The position numbers and the translations under genes are program-made. This document shows positions 53,701 through 64,000 of a stretch of 64,000 bases of DNA, piece by piece. The notes beneath the pieces were generated by a model. It did not search any database. It was not told the DNA's origin and saw only the letters and a list, made by a program, of their open reading frames with translations. Every line of letters begins with the position of its first letter. The stretch's first letter is position 1. The DNA is from Mizuhopecten yessoensis (lineage: Eukaryota), in NCBI RefSeq assembly GCF_002113885.1, contig NW_018408705.1, forward strand, positions 98,139-162,138, in the 5' to 3' direction.

Positions 53701-54587
53701 TACATTGCACTGTACGTGAGGATCCTGTGTATGGTCACAGTTGGCACACATTTGTTGTTTTGGAAGGAACATTTTTCTACAGCAAAGGTGCATGTTGCTA
53801 CTTAGCACGAGATCACTTAAAATTCATTTGAATCTGCGACGTGCTAATATAAGAAACTGCACCTTTTTATGGAAGACTCCATGATGCGCCAGTGATTTTT
53901 CAGAGTGGATGCAAGTCGATCGTATTTGGAATGAACCCCTGTGTTTTAGGTCTGACTTGGACTGACCAAAATTCTAACTTTGCCTTTTCCCAATCTGTCG
54001 AAGTATAGTATAGTTGTATCCTCTGCAAAACAAAATAGGAATCAGCTCTAAACATCGGCGTTGGAAGGTGATATAATCCGCAAATATGCATCTGATTCGC
54101 TGATTTGAAGGACTCGAGAGTATGAGATGCTGTTCGGTTTGTGGAAGGGCTGACAAATTGATGGTTGGACATACTTGTGTATGTTAGTTAATTTGCAATG
54201 GAAAATGTTACTGATCTTTCCATGACTAAGAGCATAACTGGGTCGATAAACCTGATTGTTCCAGTTGATATATCCGGCCCAATGTCCGTTTGATTTATGT
54301 ATTTATTTATGATATATTGCAAATATATAATTCCGCTCGTATTAATGTAAATTGACAGATGTTTCAGCAGTATTATAAACACATCACAAACATTGAAGTC
54401 AGATGTCTTATGCATTGGCATTCAGTACATTTAATAAATTACAGAGCGAGTAATACCGTACTGTTATTATTCTCGCTCATGTATAACAAAATAACGTGTT
54501 TAACCTTACGAGAAAGGCATTGTTATAACGCTTGTTATATGCCAAACACTGTTGATCACTGTTGCAATTAATGGAATCCTTAAACAG

Positions 54588-54665
54588 GGTTACACCCTTA
54601 TCATGTATATATAATTGTGTTAATGTGGTTACACCCTTATCATGTATATATCATTGTGTTAATGT
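54588..54665. repeat. Tandem duplication of ~39 bp
   Basis: GGTTACACCCTTATCATGTATATAT(A/C)ATTGTGTTAATGT twice. Confidence 0.9.
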
Positions 54666-54764
54666 GAGATAAGACATGAGTTAAGTCAATCAGAGGCCAA
54701 CATTCCGGTGCTCCAACACGCAAGATTAAAACTGAAATTCAAAAGGATATGAACAGGATGTGAA

Positions 54765-55562
54765 AAGACACCAAAACACATCGACGGAGGAGATACCAAC
54801 ACATTCCAAATTAATGAGACACCAAACTGTTAAGAACTATGGATACACCAAAACAACAGGGACAGAGGAGATACCAATACAAAGCAACAATACCAAAAGG
54901 ATAACTAAACATCAGGAGTAGTGGAGATAATAAAACAACAACAGCCTATGAGATAACAAAACAATAGGAACCCAGGAGACTGTTTTGGTTTGGTTTGTTA
55001 GTGTGTTTTACGTCCTAATAACAGCTATGGTCATTTAAGGACGTGCCAGGTTTTGGTGGTGGAAAAAAGCCGGAGTTCCCGGAGAAAAACCACCAACCTA
55101 CGAACAGTACCAGGCGACTTCCCCACGTAGGTCTCGAACCTGCGACTCAGTGGTGGAGGCCTACACCAAACAATAGGAACCAATGAAATACAACACAACA
55201 GGTTCCCATGAGATACCAAAACAACAGGAATCGAGGAGATACCAAAATAATCGAAACCGAGGTGATATCAAACAACAGAAACCAACGAAATATCAAAACA
55301 AATGGCACCAAGGAGATACCAAAATAACAGGAACTAATGAAATCCAAAACAACAGGAACCAAGGAGATACCAAAATAACAGAGACCCATGAGATACCAAA
55401 ATAACAGAAACAGACGTGATACCAAACAACAGGTACTTGTACCCATGAAACACAAATAACTGGGACCCAGGTGATACCAGACAACAGGGACCAATGAAAT
55501 ACCAATACAAGAGGAACCAAGAAGGTACCAAATTAACCGAGGTGATACCAAACAACAGGACT
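54765..55562. repeat. Degenerate ~26-bp minisatellite (GAGATACCAAAACAACAGGAACCAAG-like), interrupted by a SINE
   Basis: GATACCAAA motif recurring about every 26 bp on both sides of the SINE. Confidence 0.85.
54982..55160 (-). mobile_element. 5'-truncated V-domain SINE sharing its tail with the Meta-type SINEs
   Basis: Minus strand: B box GGTTCGAGAC, V-domain-like GGTTTTTCTCCGGGAACTCCGGCTTT, tail CGTCCTTAAATGACCATAGCTGTTATTAGGACG. Confidence 0.8.
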
Positions 55563-56377
55563 TAATGCAGAATTAATAAGTAATGGAGAACTGATGAATC
55601 ATCAGGTGATGTTCCGTCAGTTTCGTAAGTTATTCATAATTTTGCCAAACACTTATTGTATCCGTCTTATTATCGAATTCATTAGAATAGTATTTTCACC
55701 TTTCAATTGGGACAACTGAGCCGTTCATAATTCTTAAGAATTTTGTATTATTTGTTGACATGGTCAATATTAGGAATAACTAATAATCTTAAAACCTTTT
55801 CTTTCTGTTTAAAGTAACTCGCATCAAAAGAAGTGGTTACTTTTTTTTAGCGTGTGTTATTGCACAAGAAATCCTGAAATCAATACAGTACAGCTAATCC
55901 TTTGGCGGAGTAAATTTGTGTTCCTACAATTTTGTCATGACTGGGGTTTCGTTGGCTTGAGTGGAAAGCGAAATGTGCAATATAAAAACCCAGAAAGAAC
56001 TCTGAAACACAACGAACTTGACATATTCCACATTCAGCTCAAATAACTTACAAATAGGATATGACAAGCCGAAGTCAGTCTGGTTAACAAGTTTTAAGGA
56101 GGTGCTGAGTCAACATTAACGTTATTATAACGTGTTAATGTTTCCGGGGTTCAACATAATGCGGATCAGAAACATTCCACGTTCCTGTTACATATATAAT
56201 GACTAAAACTATGTCCTTCTGTGTTCATACCACAATTGTGCTGGTGTGCTCAACGTACACTTTGCTATGTTGCGTTCATAACACAATGCTACGAGTGGCT
56301 CATGTATTGATGTTATAGAGAATACAAATGTTTGTATACATACTACAAAGAATACCAGAGAGTTCGTTTTTGTTCAA

Positions 56378-56975
56378 TTTGGTTTGGTTTGATTTTGTTT
56401 AACGTCCTACAGTGTATTAACAGCTAAGGTCATTTAAGGACGTACCTCCATGTGTGTAGTGCATGCGTGCTTGCGTGTGTATGCAGTAGACATGGTATGT
56501 TGGTGTGCTCGTTTCCTTGTGATAACGCGGATCTGATGCCGAATTTATAGTGCTTTCTCACTGAAATGCCAGGTCGAAGGCACCAAGCACAGCATTCCGC
56601 CCGGTCACATTATACTGACAACGTGTGAACCAGTTAATGCTAAACGTTAAGCAGGTAATTATAACTACCATTTTTAAGGACTTTGGTATGCTTCGGCCTG
56701 GGGATAGAACCCATTGTCTTCCTCACCTTGGCGAAATCTCAACATTAAGGCCAGAAGTGAGGTGTTGCCAAGCAAGGCGCTGGGAAATAAAAGGAAGATG
56801 ACGAGCACAAAAAATATAATTTATTTTGGTCGCTTTTGTGTCCCCAAATAGAGGACACTAAAGCAAATCCCAAATTGTGTAAGGGTAATCCCTATTAGTC
56901 GCCTCCTACAATACATACATTGTACCGTAGGTAACAGTAGGTGTTTTCTTTTCCCGATCCCCCACCTGCAGGGGT
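56378..56975 (-). mobile_element. Composite Meta-type SINE, second long copy (different subfamily)
   Basis: Same tail and core as the 8.4- and 48.3-kb copies; internal A box TGGCCTTAATGTTGAG and B box GGGTTCTATCCC; 5' CCTGCAGGT...AGGAGGCGACTAA module. Confidence 0.85.
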
Positions 56976-58683
56976 AATTATAAGGTAATCATTTGTGGAA
57001 TAATAATATTATGACGTACATAAACAAATTATTTGTACAAATGATGATATTTATACAAATCACTGTATATCTTAGTAATTAGTGATGTTGTCCATGTGTC
57101 AGTTTTTTATTTGTTTAAACACACACCGAAGTATCAAGAATACGATAATTCAAAACTAATAAAATGGTGGCAAAACATGAACAAAAAAACGATTCACATG
57201 GATACCCTTAAAGTACACCTTTTTTATGGGGACAGTCAATACTTTTACCAAGAGCTGTCTTGAAGTAAACAATACCTATGTAATTATTTGTTTAAACATT
57301 TAAGGCCCGACACTAGTTGCCCCCAATGCCTGAATTCAAACCCCGCCTACCAGTATACCAGGGGTCAGTCACTACTAAACGCTTATGACGTCACGAGCGA
57401 TCAGTGCTTGTTTAGTACCTTGCTGTTAAGATATTCAATAGCCGATGGTACACCTTATATCTTCATATGGAACAACATATGCATAATGCATGATTAATTC
57501 AACAGATGACAATTTTTATATGAATGAACATTTGCTAGAAGTAATTAGTTTCTTAATGATCACAATCTGAACTTTGATAAACACCACAATCAAAGACGAT
57601 ATCAGCATTCTTGACACAAACCTGACCATATAACACTGTCATCGTTTACTGACCTGCTACTCAAACCCCGTCAATGCGGTAGAGCTACATGGAATACTAA
57701 TTTACTGGAAGTCAATAACATTAATTCATCCATTGGTTCAAGGTCATGTGCATATAGCATATTCTTGGCATCTTATGATATTATAATCTAGTTATATGCG
57801 TATAAGGTTGCCGTTATAGGCCTTGGTCGATTCCATTCACTGTGAAATTTCTATGATAATTGACCGACTGAGTTCGTTCTGTTTATACTTACCCTATACC
57901 GATAACACAGATCCTTAAGGCAGAATTACTCGGGTTGGTTTTGAAGTGAACTTAATAAGCTGTATCCTTTTATCTATGGTTGTGATTGCATTTGAACGAA
58001 AGCGTGTCCGTAGGTTCTTAAACTATGGGCACAATGGAGTGTCATTCCCTGTCAAAACGTCATGCGTGATGTCTATGGCGTTAAATACCTAGAGATAAAG
58101 TAACGAAATGGAATAACCGACCTGACACAAAGTACAAAGTCGAATGATTACAAACAATAAAATCAGTGACGGTCCTATTAATGGTTACAGTGTAGAAGTT
58201 AGTTTGATTGTGTTACTTACCGATCTTTATCGGCTTGGACTAACTGGGAAACAACGCTCTTCTAATGAGTTAAACGTCTTAGTCACGCGGAGAACGAGAA
58301 CACACGAACAAAGTATACACTGGAATGTGAATGTGAATGTAATTTTTCATGTGAAATACGGTGTCAAATTTCCATTCCTACATCAGACAAACGTCAGTTA
58401 TAGAAATGGATCTAAATATACATTGCTGACATTTCTTTCATTTTCATAAACTTTACAAGCAACTACGGGAATTACATGTAGAAACAGTATTCACACTGGC
58501 AATATAATAATCAAAGAAACTTGTGTTCGCAGGAATTCACCATCGTTTTGTACTGTTTGAATAACATAACGTATAAAATTGTATTGTACAACTTCATAGA
58601 ACCATATGTAAAAACATTATTTTCTTAATTACAGGTTGCAGTAAATCCGATGTCTATCTGTACGTGTAGACAGTAATACACGC

Positions 58684-58757
58684 ATGGACGGCGATGGAGA
58701 ATACCCGCCTCGTCCGCCTCGAGATGGCGCTACTGCTGATCATCGTAATCGTCAAAG
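58684..58757 (+). CDS. Probable first coding exon of an unidentified gene (MDGDGEYPPRPPRDGATADHRNRQ...); exon 58635-58757
   Basis: Acceptor TTTTCTTAATTACAG, donor AAG|GTATGT, CGCATGG start context, and GC-rich codons against an AT-rich background. Confidence 0.55.
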
Positions 58758-59044
58758 GTATGTGTTAAACGGTTTTATCACATAATGTACTGTGCTATCC
58801 ATTGCATATATACATGTTATATTGTTTTACGTATTAACCCATGTAATATAACCTACAAATGTATTAGCCCTGTGATTAATTGTAAGTTTCAATTGTTTCA
58901 ACTGTGACGTCACGCCTAGGACAAGTACAAAACGTCACAGACTTACGCACTGGAGTCAAAACGGTGGCTTTTTACATTTCAATGTTGCATGCAAATTGTC
59001 GTTTTACACGAATAAATGGCATCAATCTTGATTATGCGATAAAA

Positions 59045-59181
59045 GGATCTTACACTCGTTTTCATTTCATATCAAGTTAATGAAACTCGTCACGAATGTT
59101 TCATTTCAGCTCGCCAGAGGCTCGCTAAATTGAAAAATTCTTTCATGAATCTCATATGAAATGGAAACTGATGTAAAATCC
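59045..59181. mobile_element. Imperfect palindromic (foldback/MITE-like) element
   Basis: GGATCTTACACTCGTTTTCATTTCATAT ... ATATGAAATGGAAACTGATGTAAAATCC arms, centred near GCTCGCCAGAGGCTCGC. Confidence 0.6.
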
Positions 59182-61289
59182 AATATATATTGTGCTCTGT
59201 GTTGTTGTAAATTTACGTTGCTGTGGTTTTATGATGTCATTGTACTGTTACTTATGTGGGTGATATTACATGTACAACATTTTACACATAGAAATTTGAT
59301 TATATGATGCGATTACACTGCACAACAGCCGGAGTATACAATAAACTATCTCTGTTGATAGAATACTGCAAACAGGGACGTGTCCTACATTTGTTTTTAT
59401 TATCAAAGACAGCATACAATAAACTATATTGTTGAGCATTCAAAACATATAACCTACCGCCAGGCTTTATCGTTAGGATTCGCGGTATTTATTACACATT
59501 GTTTATGCAAATGCACTCGTAATATACAAATTCGAGTTGTAAGGATGTACGCTCGGTTTCAATAAACCCGTTTATTTTATAAAATCGTTTGATACCTTAA
59601 ATGTGTCTCATTGCATCATAGAATTTCTATACGAAATCAAAATAAACCATGAATCTTTTTAACGGTAAAAATACTTGTAGTGAAGTAACGATTAAGGGTT
59701 TCAAGTTCTATTATTTTCTTTGGTATAAGGTAATTCGGCAGACATACTAGTTCTTTTAAATAGTTTCTATTTAAATTTATTTAAAAAAATGATTTTTTTT
59801 ACTTTTTAATGTTTTTGTTGTGAAATTTTAAGGTGATATGTACTTTACTGAGAGTAAATACTTGTGTTTCACCCTGGATTCACTCGTGCTGTAAAGTAAA
59901 TTAGCTTTATTACTGACAAAAAGGCGTTACAAAAACACCAGTTCCCTGTTATAAAGACACACCAGTTCAAGCTTTAACCACATCCGGGCAACTTAGGGAA
60001 GTGCCTCACAGAATCAATCACTAATACATCATTATCACTGCACAGGAATGGGATTAAGTCTGAACATGTCTCAACATTGAAATTGATTGTCATAGTTCGG
60101 GTCGCATTCCTCAGGCTTTGTTCTCTAGAAAACCAAACTAGAATCCGACTAATGAAAAGCTATCGAGCGACTAACTGAATTTATCAGGTTCTGATTCAGC
60201 AGGTTTTGAAGTCAGTTTGTTGGAAAATATGATGATCTGTGTTTTGTCATGAATGCATGTGTGATCTTCATGTGGGCAGATTTTAAGGCAAGTCCAATAT
60301 TTATTAATGACACGTGTCAATTGGCGTGTTTACTTGGATGATCAATCAGACGAACATCATCGACATTCATTGCATTCCGTATACAACAAGTCTGACTTTA
60401 ATTAATGTACTACATTTTCGTCGGAACAAAGACTCGGGTTTTTATTTTGTCTGTGTCATGCCTGTGTTTACATCTGTGCCATGCATGCGATTGTTTTCAT
60501 GAACATGTTTGTGTTATCGCTAGGAGACATACACACGAACATACTGCCTTTAGCACTAAAACACACGAGCAGGCATATAATATGACCCAGGCATGGTCTG
60601 GAGAGAGCGAAGCACGTACTGTACATTGTTTTAATAGCATAGTATAATTCTTGAATCATAACATTACCCATTTTAATACATACAAAATGTACCTGTACTT
60701 GTTTATTTCATAAAATACTTGATTTTGCTAGACAAAAAAAAATATCCTTGTACTTATGTGTGCTCTGTTTTATAATGATCCACATTCACACTTCACTAAT
60801 ATGACGTATCATATGTTAGTTTGAAATTGACTGGTTTGTACTACAGTACTACTAGACCATATTGATATAATAGTATCCCCATTTGGTTCTTGTTTTATCC
60901 AAGAATAAAAGTATATACCCTCTCCCTCTACTCATATCTGTTCATAATATCAGAGAGGTATATTAGTAATATAGACATCTCTGATAATATTATACATTAC
61001 TACTTTGATCCAAAAGAAACAAATGCCATTTAAAAAAAGCATAGAGTAAACATGATAATGAGAGTTGTAGGCATAATGTTTAAACAAATGGTTTGAATTG
61101 ATATGCCAATCCAGGAAGGATGTGTCTGTTTTTAATTTAAATATGTTTAGCATGTTAGACATAACAGGTTAGAGACTGTCACGTTCCCACCACTGTACGT
61201 ATAAAATTAAGATTTTATATTTTTCTTTTAAATAATTTAGATAATCCATGTGAAATTATGAAATGTAATGTTTGTACTGATTATATACC

Positions 61290-61760
61290 TTAGAAGATCC
61301 AGGTATCAACAGCAGGAGATTCCTCCTCCTCATCGTCGCTGCTGTCATAAAGTTTTGTAGATACCTAGAGATAGATTGGCATATATCAGCTAAAACATTT
61401 GTTTGCAAGTGAAGTTTCTGGATGGACACCATCGTATAACTTTGTGTAATCATATTTTGAGTGATTTTATTTTTTGCGAGTTTGACCATGTTTTCCTCGG
61501 TTTTTGATTGATACCCCTCTTATGTCATTGTCAAATTTGAGGGTCAAAGAGTGTGTATTGTGTTGTTTTCAGTGATGATTTTGTTAACTCGATGAAATTG
61601 ATGTCAGTTTCAAGATGGACTTGTTCTTGAGCAATATTGTTGTTAAATGTGGTTGAATAAAAACAATTGCTATCATGACCAGGTACATCATATGCGGAAT
61701 AGTTTTGATTTTGATTAGAAATGGATGCTGACGGTCGCATATTATGCAATCCGTTAACAA
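61290..61760 (-). pseudogene. Decayed SGNH/GDSL-hydrolase-like ORF, probably transposon-derived
   Basis: Across frameshifts: PSASISNQN..QEQVHLETDINF..VNKIITENN..LKFDNDIRGVSIKNRGKHGQTRKK*..YDYTKLYDGVHPETSLANK..DSSDDEEEE. DGxHP (61419-61433) is the SGNH block V motif. Confidence 0.55.
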
Positions 61761-62764
61761 AAATAAAAGTGGTGAAAATATAATGTTTCTAATTCTCTTC
61801 TTTACTGATATTCATAAAGCAGACCAAATTAATGAGTTCACTTCAATGTCTAATCAATATGCTGTAATAATTTACACAGTTGAACGGAATTTACAAATTG
61901 TCAAGCGTTTAATCTTTTTTATAAATATTTATCTAAGTATCAATATATATAAGATATTTGACTATACAAAACTGTACAGTTTTTTTTTTTTTAAGTAATT
62001 GTTAATTTTGTTGCATTATATGAAACTAGATTCAATCTATTGTACATGCAGATCTAGTATTGAAATTCCATAGTTTTAGTTGTAAAATCTAAGGGTAATA
62101 TCACAAATTTGTATCAAATATCAACAGAAACGATCCCCAAATGGAAGAATTTTGAAGAACTATATAAAGTTGACGTTCTACAATAAATGCAGAAAAACAA
62201 GAGTAGTGATATTGAAAAATCCGCAATTTGACCCTTTGAAACACCTTACGTCTTTCCTTGGAAAGCTGTCGATGACAATTCTGTTTCATCATATGTATCT
62301 GTAGCTGGAGCAAACGACCCATGAACTTTGACCTCATCAATGATCTGAACTTTTACTATCCAATGAGAACCTAGTGACCTCGTCATTGACCCTGCGTCGT
62401 ACATACTCGGGTATTTCCGCCCTAGTGGGAATATTAATATTAAGTTGGAAAATGTGTATGTTTAGAAAATTATCTATTTCGATACAAAATTTAAGCTAAT
62501 TTAATCGACGGTAATACAGTGTGTCATCTAATCACATTTTTACGCACTCATCGACGCCATTTGCTTGTGACATTCATGTAAGATTTTTGATGACCATGCC
62601 AATCATTTCTCTTTTCGATACAAAAGGAAGGGAATCGTGGAAATAAACACGCCAAGTGTATTGAATATGGTCAATATTTTTTAACAAATTCGTTGTTTCG
62701 AATACATAATGTTCCTGCCTCGTTACATTTCGCTCTATTATTCGATTAGGCATATTTACAGGCT

Positions 62765-62860
62765 TCATGGACCGGAAGAGGTCACCGGAAGTACGAAAAG
62801 TTTCTAGACTGTAGCTGTACGATTCAGTGATGGAATCAGTTTGATTGGATAAGATCTATT
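62765..62860. promoter_or_regulatory. Possible promoter: tandem ETS sites and an inverted CCAAT
   Basis: ACCGGAAG twice (62770-62792) and TGATTGG at ~62842. Confidence 0.3.
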
Positions 62861-62897
62861 TACGCGCACATGTTACCGGTAAAGAGGCACCCGAGAG

Positions 62898-62940
62898 GTT
62901 CGTCCTTAAAACACCATAGCTGTTAATAGAAGGTTAACTG
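62898..62940 (+). mobile_element. Isolated 3' tail of the SINE/LINE family
   Basis: CGTCCTTAAAACACCATAGCTGTTAATAGAAGGTTAAC resembles the shared SINE tail. Confidence 0.55.
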
Positions 62941-64000
62941 AATAAACTCATGCATGTTGTAAAGTAAAATGATGTATGTACACTAAGGGACATGTATGAA
63001 ATAGAATGTTGGTGAATTTGATGTGGTACACTTTACAAAATTAAGCCATACGTTAAAGTGTGATGTTGTACTTTACCAGCAAGTAATGTTTTGTCGAACC
63101 CTGCTTATGTATTATTTCCACATTACAGCGTTGAGATTTAATTCAAGTTGCAACGTTTGATGCCAAGCGAAACAGAACATCAATGTTTATTTTGATTCCT
63201 CGTATCAACAAGGTAGCTTTCATATGTGACAGTCTTTAAGATATCGTTCACATGTGGTAATGTCCTAAACTGCACCAAGCATGCTTAGGTTTCATCCCGG
63301 TTTGTTAACCGAAATGTTAAATGTAACTCTTGTCAGGGGAGTTAAACTTAATCTTTAAATCTTTATCACTACTAATTTGTCGGTAGCACGTGCATGGAAG
63401 TGGATGATTAGACTCGACTCGGAAGAAATACGGCATCGAAGGAAGTAAAGTTATGGTACACGTAATAAAAGACACTACATTTAGAAGGTCGTACCCTATT
63501 ATTACATGTACAGGTTGCAAACCATAGTGTTATTGTTACTGTAATCTAACGTACCATATTCATATTTCAAATTGCATATATGGAATGGAATACTTTAAAA
63601 CAAAAATGGCAACAGTGTTGTATAGAGTGTACTTATAATAAACCTAGGAATGTCCAGTCTTTATTAAGTGAACAGTGTTACTGTTAACGAAACAACAGGA
63701 AGGAGCGGGTAGCCTTGGTCCGAATCAGAACGGGACATACATAATGTACCTACGTCACTTTTGAACATTTGCTTAGGGGTGAAGTTCAACTTAATTGTAC
63801 GACATTGCTTGTTGAACAGTTAATGGTTCGTCATAGTTATTCCTATGTATATACCATGAAAGAACCTTCTGAACAATTCCAGATTACAACTATATATTAT
63901 GACGTACATACAGGAAATAGGCGTTTAAAGTAGAGCTGAGCGTGATATAAATATTTTACTAAGTTTAACCTTTTATGTACTTTTGATGTATGTGGCGTCT

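Noticed and set aside
55031-55555. Hydrophobic ORFs
   Set aside because: Derived from the SINE and the ~26-bp minisatellite.
55590-55625. CTGATGA hammerhead-like core (also ~675, ~35205, ~42022)
   Set aside because: No properly placed stem II plus GAAA and flanking helices.
62250-62390. Exon-like minus-strand segment ending in GTAAG
   Set aside because: No recognisable protein similarity or clear link to other exons.

Overview
AT-rich eukaryotic genomic DNA, most likely a bivalve mollusc (scallop/oyster-like). This is inferred from Helentron-type HINE elements, Meta/V/CORE-type SINEs and strong TACATGTA enrichment. No intact multi-exon gene can be reconstructed, and most ORFs in the supplied track are chance or repeat-derived. 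Well supported: (i) a tandemly duplicated tRNA-Arg(TCG) cluster at 0.5-5.3 kb with two intact, one 5'-truncated and one anticodon-arm-deleted copy; (ii) tRNA-Ser(CGA) plus a decayed copy; (iii) three HINE elements and several SINEs, two with target-site duplications; (iv) minisatellites with 11/22/33-, 21-, 50/150- and ~26-bp units. More tentative: a promoter/first exon near 38.0 kb, a first coding exon at 58.7 kb, a decayed Toll-like-receptor-like gene (38.5-39.9 kb) and a decayed SGNH-hydrolase ORF (61.3-61.8 kb). The most interesting signals are composite SINEs whose tRNA-like head is preceded by a conserved structured 5' module (possible ribozyme or promoter), a 146-bp inverted templated insertion into one of them, and the rearranged tRNA array. 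No CRISPR array or prokaryotic-type system is present.
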